Counted from the stretch's first letter, positions 22,067 to 30,904 are shown. The stretch: 64,000 bases of DNA from Endomicrobiales bacterium (GCA_963796955.1 CAWCNJ010000007.1:60632-124631), one strand, 5' to 3'. Notes: a model not told the origin generated them from the sequence alone. A program made the numbers and translations.

Positions 22067-23738
22067 CTGGTTCATCAGGCTGCTCGGCTCGACACTGCGC
22101 ATTAGCCGTATCAACACGCGGTCCTGGCGGGACTTCGTGCGTGGCGGAAAACCGGTCGTGTACGGGTTCTGGCACGGCGAACAGTTCATACTCTGCTACG
22201 ACAGACGGCATGAAAATGTTTCTATCATGAGCAGTCTTTCAAAAGACGGTGAGCTCCAGACGGGGATATTAATGCGGCTCGGTTACTCAGTGGTCAGGGG
22301 CTCGTCCTCGAAAGGAGCGGAACGCGCGCTCGTCGAGATGATCCGCAGTGTCAGGGGCGGCCGCTCCGCAGCCTTCGCGATCGACGGCCCGCGCGGCCCG
22401 TATCATAAAGTGAAAAGCGGCGTGCTCTACCTTGCGCAGAAAACCGGCAGTCCTCTGATACCTGTCAGCTGCGCTGCAAAGAACCATGCTATTCTCTCAA
22501 AAGCCTGGGACAAATACGAACTGCCTTACCCGTTTTCCCGTGGTGTAGTCGCCTACGGCGAACCTATGATCATCGGTTCGGGCGATATCATAGAAGAAAA
22601 GGCAGCAGTCTTCGAGGCGGCCGCGGAAAAATTATCACGATTTACGCATGACCATTATTTTTCCGGCGATATCCAGGGATATCTGGAAAACCATCCCCGG
22701 CCGAACATATTGATAGTACAGCCAAGCCGGATAGGCGATGTGGTCTTTACCATGCCGTCAGTGGTCGCGCTGCGGAAAAAATATCCGCATGCCTGGATCG
22801 GCTGGGTGGTGGACGAACGCTGCGCCCCGCTGCTTGCAGGGCATCCGGCGCTGAATGAAGTGATCATTTTTGACCGCAGTAAGATGTCCCTTTCATACAT
22901 TCTTGAATTCAGGCGCACGCTGCGCGAGAAACACGTAGATCTGAGCATTGATTTTCACGGCCTCTTTAAATCCGCTTTCATCGTCGCGTTGGCCGGCGCG
23001 CGGTTCCGGCTTGGTTCATCATCAACGTATGGCATGAAGGAACTCGCCTGGCTGTTCTCAAAACAGATCCCGCCACCCGCGCCTGAGGCCCATTGTATAC
23101 AGCGGCATTTCGAAGTGGCGAGAAAACTCGGCTGCGACGGTGAGCTCGGTTCGTATCAACTCGCTGTTGATAAAGATGCCGGCGAACAAGTACGGCAAAT
23201 TTGCAAGAATGCAGGGATGGATCCAAACAAGCCCGTTATTGCCGTCCATCCCGGCGGCGGCTGGCTTTCACGCAGATGGCCTGCCAAAAACTTCGCTGAA
23301 CTGATCAAAAGCCTGCGCACTGAACTCGGTGTTCAGGTAGCCATTATAGGCGGCAAGGAAGGCGGCGCCGGCGAAGCCGGGATCGCCGAAGAGATACTGA
23401 AAGGTTGTTCGTCTCCGCCCATTGATCTTACCGGTAAAATGAACCTGCCTCAGCTGGTGGCATTTTTGAACGGCGCGGCTGTTTTTGTGGGTAATGAAGC
23501 GGGGCCTATGCATATAGCGGTCGCACTGGGGCGGCCGGTCGTAGGGATAATTGGCCCTACGAATCCTTTCCGTACAGGTCCTTTTGGCGGTCGCACGCGC
23601 ATCGTTCGCGCCTCAGTTCCCTGTCAGCCGTGCCGTAACCGTAATTGCCGAACAATAGAATGCATGTTGTTGATAAAAGTTGAAGATGTTTTCAAAGCGG
23701 TGGCGGAGTCATTAAGAACTCCCTCGGTCCCTCTTTAA
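22047..23738 (+). CDS. DUF374 (acyltransferase-like) domain fused to a GT9 LPS heptosyltransferase domain
   Basis: N-terminal FWHG, SLSKDGE, RGSSSKG, DGPRGP, WDKYELPYPFSR; C-terminal PSRIGDVV, DFHGLFKSA, GNEAGPMHIA, CQPC. Confidence 0.85.
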   Translation: MLSTLASWFIRLLGSTLRISRINTRSWRDFVRGGKPVVYGFWHGEQFILCYDRRHENVSIMSSLSKDGELQTGILMRLGYSVVRGSSSKGAERALVEMIRSVRGGRSAAFAIDGPRGPYHKVKSGVLYLAQKTGSPLIPVSCAAKNHAILSKAWDKYELPYPFSRGVVAYGEPMIIGSGDIIEEKAAVFEAAAEKLSRFTHDHYFSGDIQGYLENHPRPNILIVQPSRIGDVVFTMPSVVALRKKYPHAWIGWVVDERCAPLLAGHPALNEVIIFDRSKMSLSYILEFRRTLREKHVDLSIDFHGLFKSAFIVALAGARFRLGSSSTYGMKELAWLFSKQIPPPAPEAHCIQRHFEVARKLGCDGELGSYQLAVDKDAGEQVRQICKNAGMDPNKPVIAVHPGGGWLSRRWPAKNFAELIKSLRTELGVQVAIIGGKEGGAGEAGIAEEILKGCSSPPIDLTGKMNLPQLVAFLNGAAVFVGNEAGPMHIAVALGRPVVGIIGPTNPFRTGPFGGRTRIVRASVPCQPCRNRNCRTIECMLLIKVEDVFKAVAESLRTPSVPL

Positions 23739-23821
23739 CAAAAGAGGGAAGATCAATGAGTTCAATGGCAAGATGTACTTCCCCTCTTGAGTTCAAGAGG
23801 GGATAAGAGGGGAGTTGGTGT
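23712..23821. repeat. Palindromic direct repeat copy 1 of 3 (~108 bp, REPIN-like)
   Basis: TTAAGAACTCCCTC..TCCCTCTTT-AAC-AAAAGAGGGA..TCCCCTCTTGA-GT-TCAAGAGGGGA-TAA-GAGGGGAGTTGGTGT. Confidence 0.92.
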
Positions 23822-23846
23822 AATAACAATCGTAGGAGATCATAAA

Positions 23847-24314
23847 TTGAAGAAGCTTGGTCCTGCACTTCGTTACACCGTATTGATGGGTCTGGTCATT
23901 TGGCTTATTCCACTGGCTTTATTTGGTCTTCCGGTCAGTGTGGATGCTTCGAACTGTCTTTCGTTCGTAAGGTTCCCAGATTCATTTCCATACTCAATAC
24001 AGTATTTCAATCTAACCCTTTTCATCTCGGGGTTAGTGGCTGGCATTATTTGGCCTGCGTTTTTCATTGTTCACCCCATATCCATATTTGTGGGGCAACT
24101 CATTTACATTGCCCCTCGATATTTTATACATGCCTGGCCCTCCGGTTCCACATTCATAAGGGGAATGACCGTAATTCTTATCTACTTTGCGGCAATGTCT
24201 ATTTTTTCTGTTATAGGTTCCCTTGTCGGCAGTTCAATCGGATGGTTAGCACGAAAAATCGCCAGCAAATATTCAAATAAAGAAGGTACTGTTGTTAAGT
24301 CAATTAATGAATGA
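23847..24314 (+). CDS. Hypothetical multi-pass membrane protein (AT-rich cassette between repeat copies 1 and 2)
   Basis: AGGAG RBS then TTG start; about four hydrophobic helices; visibly AT-richer than its neighbours. Confidence 0.65.
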   Translation: MKKLGPALRYTVLMGLVIWLIPLALFGLPVSVDASNCLSFVRFPDSFPYSIQYFNLTLFISGLVAGIIWPAFFIVHPISIFVGQLIYIAPRYFIHAWPSGSTFIRGMTVILIYFAAMSIFSVIGSLVGSSIGWLARKIASKYSNKEGTVVKSINE

Positions 24315-24324
24315 CTGGTATGAT

Positions 24325-24431
24325 TTAAGAACTCCCTCAATCCCTCTTTAACCACAAGAGGGAAGTTTAAGGAACTCAAGGCAAGGTGTCCTTCCCCTCT
24401 TGCGTTCAAGAGGGGATACGAGGGGAGTTGG
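24325..24431. repeat. Palindromic direct repeat copy 2 of 3
   Basis: TTAAGAACTCCCTC-AA-TCCCTCTT-TAACCAC-AAGAGGGA..TCCCCTCTTG-CGTT-CAAGAGGGGA-TAC-GAGGGGAGTTGG. Confidence 0.92.
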
Positions 24432-24454
24432 CGCAGAAGTTAGAGGGTTATTTA

Positions 24455-24832
24455 GTGGATTTGTTTAATAAAAAAGAAACCAGACCAAAACGAAAAGCTT
24501 TACGGAAAAATGCAACTAATGCCGAGATGCGGTTATGGGCAAAGTTGAGAAACAAACAGTTGCTCGGCTATAAATTTTATAGGCAGTATGGCATAGGCTC
24601 ATACATAGCTGATTTTTATTGTCCTCAGAAAAGATTGGTCATAGAATTAGACGGTGGCCAACACTATTCCGACGAGGGAAAATCTTACGATAAGCTGCGT
24701 GAGGAATATATGTTGTCATCGGGGATAGATACAATAAGGTTTTCAAATGCTGATGTGCTGAAGAATACAGAAGAGGTCATGAAGATTCTTTATGAAAGAC
24801 TTGTTTTAAGAACTCCCTCTATCCCTCTTTAA
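24455..24832 (+). CDS. DUF559 / Vsr-like PD-(D/E)xK endonuclease domain protein
   Basis: RKALRKNATNAEMRLWAKLR, KFYRQYGIGSYIADFYC, LVIELDGGQH, TIRFSNADV; GTG start after GAGGG. Confidence 0.9.
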   Translation: MDLFNKKETRPKRKALRKNATNAEMRLWAKLRNKQLLGYKFYRQYGIGSYIADFYCPQKRLVIELDGGQHYSDEGKSYDKLREEYMLSSGIDTIRFSNADVLKNTEEVMKILYERLVLRTPSIPL

Positions 24833-24916
24833 CTACAAGAGGGAAGATTTAGGAATTCAATGGCAAGATGTACTTCCCCTCTTGAGTTCAAGAGGGGATA
24901 AGAGGGGAGTTGGTGT
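24806..24916. repeat. Palindromic direct repeat copy 3 of 3
   Basis: Same structure; 24856-24916 is identical to 23761-23821 (61 bp). Confidence 0.92.
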
Positions 24917-24952
24917 GGGGCTTATGGGAGTTAAGGCGTTGGACTTTCTATT

Positions 24953-25933
24953 ATGAAAATACTAATCATTAAACCGAGCTCGTTCGGCGATATCATTCAG
25001 GCAAACCCCGTGGCGCTTGCGCTGCGGCGCAGTTACCCGCATGCGCATATCACCTGGCTTGTGTTCGATGTCTGGGCCGACGTGCTTTCCTGCTTTCCCG
25101 AAATCGACGAGGTTATGGTCTGGAAAAAGTCAGGCGGCCTCGGCGATTATTTTGATATAATTTCAAGGATCAGGGCTGAAAAATTCGATATCGTTATCGA
25201 TCTGCAGGGGCTGGCGCGCACCGGGGTGCTTTCCAGGCTGAGCGGCGCGAAAGTGCGCATAGGCGTTCCGGGACTTAAAGAATGTTCGTGGCTATTGGAA
25301 AAAGAAGTCTTTCCTGAAAGCGCCGGTATCAATGCAGCGATGCGCAACCTGGAGACGGTACGATTTCTCAGCGGAAAACCGCAGGAAGTAGTGTTCTCTC
25401 TTTCGATAAAAGATGTTGTTATTCAAGAAGCGGATAGGATCATCAAGGCCGCCGGGACACTGGAGAACGATCCGCTTATCGCTCTGGTGCCTTCTTCCCG
25501 GGGTAAGGGTAAGGAGTGGCCGGTCGGGCATTTCCGGGAACTGCTCACTCATATATTCGTTTCCAGACCGAACGCTAAGGTGCTGATGCTCGGGGGTAAA
25601 GGCGATTTCTATATTTTTTCGGGGAAAGGTTCTATTGCGCTCTGCGGCAAAACCTCCCTGCTGCAGTTGTTCGGGCTGCTAAAAAGATGCAAAGTTGTTG
25701 TGGGGCCCGATACGGGGCCTATACATTTGGCCGCGGCCCTGGGCGTGCCGGTGGTCGTGCTGTTCGGCGGTTCTGATGTAAACGAAACGGCGCCCGCGGT
25801 TGAAAAAATTTCCATCCTTAAAAAAGATTATCCCTGCTCGCCGTGCAGGGGCCATACCACGTGTGTCGGTTATCCCTGTCTCAGGGATATCGCCCCGCAA
25901 GAAGTTATGGAGGCGTTAAGCAAATGGCTGTGA
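24953..25933 (+). CDS. GT9 LPS heptosyltransferase (WaaC/WaaF-like)
   Basis: KILIIKPSSFGDII, IDLQGL, GPDTGPIHLAAALG, CSPC. Confidence 0.9.
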   Translation: MKILIIKPSSFGDIIQANPVALALRRSYPHAHITWLVFDVWADVLSCFPEIDEVMVWKKSGGLGDYFDIISRIRAEKFDIVIDLQGLARTGVLSRLSGAKVRIGVPGLKECSWLLEKEVFPESAGINAAMRNLETVRFLSGKPQEVVFSLSIKDVVIQEADRIIKAAGTLENDPLIALVPSSRGKGKEWPVGHFRELLTHIFVSRPNAKVLMLGGKGDFYIFSGKGSIALCGKTSLLQLFGLLKRCKVVVGPDTGPIHLAAALGVPVVVLFGGSDVNETAPAVEKISILKKDYPCSPCRGHTTCVGYPCLRDIAPQEVMEALSKWL

Positions 25934-26892
25934 TAGCTGCTGCCGGTCCCGTACTATTCTTTCATATGAACCAGCTGGGAGACCTGCTTTTTTCTATCCC
26001 TGCTATAGAGGCCTTGCGCCGGCGTTACCCGGCTAACCGCTTTATCAGTATCGTGCCGGAGCCTCTAGCGGCCGTGCTTGCCGGCACCGGTCTTGTTGAT
26101 GAGGTCATCGCTAAACCGGCCTCGTTATCAGGCAGGTTCGCTTTGATCAACAAACTGCGTTCTGTAGATTGTTCGGCGGCCGTGCTGTTCTCGGAATCGC
26201 CGGAAAGCCTGCTTGTGGCCAGGGCTGCAAATATTCCCTGCCGGGCGGGTTTTGCAACGGCATCGCTTAATATGCTGCTTACCGATAAGGTGTCCCGCTG
26301 CGGGGTACCGTCGCTGGCGAACAATGCGAATCTGGCGCTGCACCTGGAAGCGCAGGATGTGCGGTCCGATTATACCGGCCTGCTTATGCCCGATGCCGAC
26401 AGTTTGATGATCGCCGGGCAGTGGATGAAGGCTAACGCGATAGAAGCGCAAAACCTCGTCATTCTTTCTCCGGGCGCCAGCGCGCGGCGCGCGGCTAAAT
26501 GCTGGCAGGAAGACAAGTGGATTATCCTGGCGAAGATGCTGCAGCAAAAAGGTTTGACGCCTGTGTTCACCGGTGCGCCGGCTGAACGGGCCGCTTTGGA
26601 AGGATTTGTGCGCTTCATTAAAGGCGCCTACGTGTACAACGCCGATACCAGCCTGGGCTCGCTGGCGGGACTTTTGGCCCAGAGCAAATTTTTCATCGGC
26701 ATAGATTCCGGGGCTATGCACCTGGCTGCTTCCCTCGGTGTGCCGGTCGTCGCGCTGTTCGGCAATACCGATCCGGCACAGGTCGGGCCGCGCCCGCTGG
26801 AAAGCCACACGATCATTACTTGCGATCAGGTAAAAGATATTACGGTCGAGGAAGTCTGGGATACTATACAAGGGACGGTTTTGCTGCCATGA
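25924..26892 (+). CDS. GT9 glycosyltransferase (heptosyltransferase-like)
   Basis: NQLGDLLFSIPA, IGIDSGAMHLAASLGVPVVALFG; GGAGG RBS. Confidence 0.88.
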   Translation: MAVIAAAGPVLFFHMNQLGDLLFSIPAIEALRRRYPANRFISIVPEPLAAVLAGTGLVDEVIAKPASLSGRFALINKLRSVDCSAAVLFSESPESLLVARAANIPCRAGFATASLNMLLTDKVSRCGVPSLANNANLALHLEAQDVRSDYTGLLMPDADSLMIAGQWMKANAIEAQNLVILSPGASARRAAKCWQEDKWIILAKMLQQKGLTPVFTGAPAERAALEGFVRFIKGAYVYNADTSLGSLAGLLAQSKFFIGIDSGAMHLAASLGVPVVALFGNTDPAQVGPRPLESHTIITCDQVKDITVEEVWDTIQGTVLLP

Positions 26893-27596
26893 TCAAATTC
26901 ATCCGCTTCCGCTCAATTTTCAGGTTTTTTGAATTGATAACACCATTGCTGAAATATTCGTTTCCCGCGGAAGACCAATTGCCGGGAAATAAACTTCTGG
27001 TCATAGCGCCGCACCCTGATGATGAAGCGATCGGTTGCGGAGGCGCGATAGCCATGAACGCGCAGGCCGGCGGCACTACGATCGTCGTTTTTTGTACTAT
27101 GGACGAGGCCAGGGACGAAGAGTCTCAGCAGTCTTTAAAGGCGCTCGGCGTGACCGGCTCGCATTCCCTGCGGCATAGTGTGGACTCTTTAGGCGAGCAG
27201 CCGGCTCTGGAAAAAGAATTAGCATTGATACTGGCTCAGGTAAAACCGGATATCGTGCTTGCGCCGTTCTGGCTGGATAACCACGCCGACCACCGTTTTG
27301 CCGCCCGCGCATTCGCGAAAGCCGCTGTGACGGCAAAAATTAATTTTGCTATCTACGCGTATTCCGTGTGGCTGCCCCTGTGGCCTAATGTTTTGCTCGA
27401 CGTCGGCAATGTATGGCACAAGAAAAAGTCCGCCATCGAGGCGTACCGGTCGCAGCTTGCCGACCGCGATTTTGTTTCCATGGCGGAAGGCCTTGCCTCC
27501 TACTGGGCGCAGGTAAAAGGCAGGGGAATACGCAGAGCAGAGACATATTTCAGATCGAGCATTTCCGAATACGCCGATTGGTGCGAAAAGGCCTGA
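26889..27596 (+). CDS. PIG-L family deacetylase
   Basis: APHPDDEAIGCGG, HADH, KKSAIEAYRSQ. Confidence 0.88.
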   Translation: MIKFIRFRSIFRFFELITPLLKYSFPAEDQLPGNKLLVIAPHPDDEAIGCGGAIAMNAQAGGTTIVVFCTMDEARDEESQQSLKALGVTGSHSLRHSVDSLGEQPALEKELALILAQVKPDIVLAPFWLDNHADHRFAARAFAKAAVTAKINFAIYAYSVWLPLWPNVLLDVGNVWHKKKSAIEAYRSQLADRDFVSMAEGLASYWAQVKGRGIRRAETYFRSSISEYADWCEKA

Positions 27597-27600
27597 TAAC

Positions 27601-28638
27601 ATGAGAAGAGTCCTCTATCCGTTCTCGCTGGTGTACATTTTCATTAATATGCTGGTGAGCCGCCTTACAAAACGCCGCAGGGTTCACGCGCCGGTGGTCA
27701 GCGTCGGCAATGTCACGTGGGGCGGCACCGGAAAAACCCCGGTCGTGATCAGCGTGGTCAAAGAGCTGCAAGGCCGCGGATTGAAGGTGGCGGTGCTGAC
27801 CCGCGGTTACTTCCGCAAGGCGGGCACCAAAAAGATTGAGGTGGTCTCCGACGGCAAGAATATACTCTCCACGATCTCTCTTTCCGGCGACGAGCCCATG
27901 CTTTTGGCTCAGTCGTTGCCCGGGGCGATCGTGATAGTCGGCAGCGACCGTTTTGCCGCCGCTACCCATGCCGCTGAGAAATTCTCGCCCGATGTCTTTG
28001 TGCTGGACGACGCTTTTCAACACTGGCGTATGCACCGGGACCTGGATATTGTCTGCGTGAACGCCCTTAATCCTTTCGGGAACGGCCTGCGCATACCGGC
28101 CGGCATCCTGCGGGAGCACCCTGCCGCGCTCAAGCGGGCGGGGCTGGTTATCATGACCAATTGCGACAGGGCGAGCGATACCGCGGTTGCCGATCTTGAA
28201 AAACGCCTGGCATCGTATACCTCAACGCCCGTTATTCGCAGCGGGTACCGCACTGCCGGCATGCGCAGGATCATCGACGGAGCGTTCTATCCGGTCTCTA
28301 AATTCGAGGGGCGTTGGGCAGTGGCGGTTTCGGGCATAGCTGAAAATAAGTCATTCCTGCGATCGCTTGAAAAGCTTAATATTGATATGATAAGGCATTA
28401 CGCCTTTCGCGATCATCACTGGTACACCCGCAAAGAGCTGGATGATATTGTGCTGCATCATCTGGACAAATACCCGGTGTTGACCACGGCGAAAGACGCC
28501 GTTCGCCTTAAAGACGCGATCGCCGCGCTGCGTGCGGAAGACGCCGAGCGCTTTTTCGCCCTGGAAATAGAGATACAAATAACGAACGGAGAAAGCCATT
28601 GGCACGACGCATTGAAAAAAATCGCGCCGTCTTCATAG
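27601..28638 (+). CDS. lpxK: Tetraacyldisaccharide 4'-kinase
   Basis: VGNVTWGGTGKTP, LTRGY, GDEP, DDAFQH, TTAKDAVR. Confidence 0.93.
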   Translation: MRRVLYPFSLVYIFINMLVSRLTKRRRVHAPVVSVGNVTWGGTGKTPVVISVVKELQGRGLKVAVLTRGYFRKAGTKKIEVVSDGKNILSTISLSGDEPMLLAQSLPGAIVIVGSDRFAAATHAAEKFSPDVFVLDDAFQHWRMHRDLDIVCVNALNPFGNGLRIPAGILREHPAALKRAGLVIMTNCDRASDTAVADLEKRLASYTSTPVIRSGYRTAGMRRIIDGAFYPVSKFEGRWAVAVSGIAENKSFLRSLEKLNIDMIRHYAFRDHHWYTRKELDDIVLHHLDKYPVLTTAKDAVRLKDAIAALRAEDAERFFALEIEIQITNGESHWHDALKKIAPSS

Positions 28639-29183
28639 ACCGCGACGGTACCCTTATCCGGGAAAAGCATTACCTGCATACGCCTGAGCAGGTGCGCTTT
28701 ATCAAGGGCTCTATCGAAGCTATGAAAGAGTTGCGGCAACACGGCTTTAAACTGGTGATGGTGACAAATCAATCCGGGATAGGCCGCGGCTATTATACGG
28801 TAGAGGATATGCATAAAGTCCACGCCTACATTCAGAAAGTCCTGAAAAAAGACGGGGCGGCTTTCGATAAAATATATTTTTGCCCGCATAACCCAGCGCA
28901 GTCCTGTACGTGCAGAAAACCGGCGCTCGGTATGGTGAAAGAAGCGGAGAAGGCGCTGTTGCTGGACCTGAAAAGCTCATTTGTCGTAGGAGACCACGCC
29001 AATGATTTTGTTCTGGCGCAGCGCATGGGCGGTACCGGTATCATGGTTACCACCGGGCACGGCGCGCAGGAGTACCGGGATAAGATACAAACTAAAAAAA
29101 TAGATCATGTTCCAGACAAGATAGTGAAGAATCTGCCCGCCGCAGCCAGGTGGATAATTTCCTTGTCAGAACGGGGGAAGTAA
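28599..29183 (+). CDS. gmhB: D-glycero-D-manno-heptose 1,7-bisphosphate phosphatase (HAD-IIIA)
   Basis: FIDRDGTL, VTNQSGIGRG, CPH..CTCRKP, VGD. Confidence 0.9.
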   Translation: MARRIEKNRAVFIDRDGTLIREKHYLHTPEQVRFIKGSIEAMKELRQHGFKLVMVTNQSGIGRGYYTVEDMHKVHAYIQKVLKKDGAAFDKIYFCPHNPAQSCTCRKPALGMVKEAEKALLLDLKSSFVVGDHANDFVLAQRMGGTGIMVTTGHGAQEYRDKIQTKKIDHVPDKIVKNLPAAARWIISLSERGK

Positions 29184-29184
29184 T

Positions 29185-29949
29185 ATGCGCAGGGGGATGC
29201 TGCTGATTTTATTGTTGTGTACGGTGCCGCTGGCCGCCGGTGTTGCCTGGCGTCAGGAAAAGAACGCCGCTTTCTCCGACAAGGAGCATCTGGTTTTCTC
29301 GGTCCATTGGCAATTTATTACGGTCGGCAGTGCGGTCATGGATGTGCGGGGCATCGAGGAAGTGCGCGGCAGGCCGTGCTACCATATTGTCACCGAGGCC
29401 TCTACGTCGTCGTTCTTTGATGCGTTTTATAAAGTGCGGGATAAAAATGAATCGTTCATGGATACGCAGTCCTTGTCCTCACTGCGGTATGTATCCCATA
29501 TTTGCGAGGGCAAGTATTGCAGCCAGGAGACCATCGAACTTTTTGGGGACACCGGCCGCTACGAGATCGCGGTCTCCACAAAATGCGGCCCGACTTCACC
29601 CTGGGTACAGGATGTACTTTCGGCTCTTTACTATTTGCGTACCAGGCAGCTGGAACCTGAGAGAACCTATTCTATAGACGCTCAATCCGGCGATAAAACA
29701 TGGCCGCTTACCGTAAAGGTCCTGGGCCGCGCAAAGGTGCATGTTCCGGCCGGCCGGTTCGACTGCGTGGTGGTGGAACCGAAATTGCGGGAAGGCGCGG
29801 GTATATTCAAGGCGCAGGGCAAGCTGACGGTCTGGCTTACCGATGATGCGCGCCATATGCCGGTGCTGATGCGTTCCAAAATAGCGATCGGCGCCATAGA
29901 AGCTGAATTGACGGAATCGGAGGCTACGAATGGCAGCAAAACGAATTGA
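29185..29949 (+). CDS. DUF3108 domain exported protein
   Basis: Signal peptide; FYKVRD, DVLSALYYLR, VPAGRFDC, VWLTDDARHMPV. Confidence 0.8.
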   Translation: MRRGMLLILLLCTVPLAAGVAWRQEKNAAFSDKEHLVFSVHWQFITVGSAVMDVRGIEEVRGRPCYHIVTEASTSSFFDAFYKVRDKNESFMDTQSLSSLRYVSHICEGKYCSQETIELFGDTGRYEIAVSTKCGPTSPWVQDVLSALYYLRTRQLEPERTYSIDAQSGDKTWPLTVKVLGRAKVHVPAGRFDCVVVEPKLREGAGIFKAQGKLTVWLTDDARHMPVLMRSKIAIGAIEAELTESEATNGSKTN

Positions 29950-30904
29950 TCTTTCCAGGATAAAAACGGTCCCGTTGTGCAGCCGGCCCGCGAAAGTGGA
30001 TAAAAAGCTGTTCGCAAAACCTGTTCTTAAAAAAACCCTTTCTTTCGCTGATCTGTGGTCCGCCGTTCCGGGGATACTCGCTGGTAAAAGCATACGTAAT
30101 TTGGTAGAATCTATCATTAAAGCGCGCGCTAAAAAAAAGCCGGTTTTGTTCGCGTTCGGCGCTCATGTGATAAAGTGCGGCCTTTCTCCGCTGGTGATAG
30201 ATCTTTGCAAACGAGGCTTTATCACCCATTTGGCCACGAACGGCGCTTCAACGGTGCATGATTTCGAACTGGCATATGCCGGTAACACCAGCGAAGATGT
30301 GGCGGTCCGCCTGCAGGACGGCACGTTCGGCATGACCAGGGAAACCGGGGCTTTCGTCAATAATGCGGCGAACATAGCGGCGACGGAGAACACCGGTGTC
30401 GGCTTTGTGCTGGGGCGGGAGATCGAGGACCGGAAACTTCCGAACCGCTCTGTCAGCATATTCGCGCAGGCGTATAAACTCGGCATTCCGGCAACCGTGC
30501 ACGTCGCGATCGGGACCGACATTGTCTGTCAGCATCCGCAATATGACGGCGCGGCCTGGGGAAAGGCAAGCCACGGAGATTTTCAGCGTTTCGCCGAAAC
30601 CGTTTCCTATATGGGCAACGGCGGTGTCATGATAAATTTCGGCAGCGCGGTGATAATCCCCGAGGTTTTTTTGAAAGCTCTGACGGTAGCCCGGAACCTT
30701 GGGTATGATGTTAAGGACCTTACCACGGCGAATTTTGACATGATACGGCAGTACCGGCCACAGGAAAATATTATTTACCGCCCCACGATGAAAGGCGGCC
30801 AGGGTTTGAATTTCATCGGTCAGCACGAGATAATGCTGCCGTTGTTGTATTGCGCTCTTATTAACGGCAAGACCGGAGTCCGGAGTCCGAAGTCCGGAGT
30901 TTAA
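29930..30904 (+). CDS. Conserved hypothetical protein with deoxyhypusine-synthase-like N-terminal motifs
   Basis: GAHVIKCGLSP, LATNGA..HDFELA..TSEDV, GTFGM, PATVHVAIGTDI, GSAVIIPEVFLKAL, GQHEIMLP. Confidence 0.7.
   Translation: MAAKRIDLSRIKTVPLCSRPAKVDKKLFAKPVLKKTLSFADLWSAVPGILAGKSIRNLVESIIKARAKKKPVLFAFGAHVIKCGLSPLVIDLCKRGFITHLATNGASTVHDFELAYAGNTSEDVAVRLQDGTFGMTRETGAFVNNAANIAATENTGVGFVLGREIEDRKLPNRSVSIFAQAYKLGIPATVHVAIGTDIVCQHPQYDGAAWGKASHGDFQRFAETVSYMGNGGVMINFGSAVIIPEVFLKALTVARNLGYDVKDLTTANFDMIRQYRPQENIIYRPTMKGGQGLNFIGQHEIMLPLLYCALINGKTGVRSPKSGV

Noticed and set aside
23712..24916. CRISPR array or classical integron attC array
   Set aside because: Repeats are ~108 bp with gene-sized spacers and no cas genes. 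The ends (TAAGAAC / GTTGGTG) do not fit RYYYAAC/GTTRRRY, and no integron integrase is in the window.
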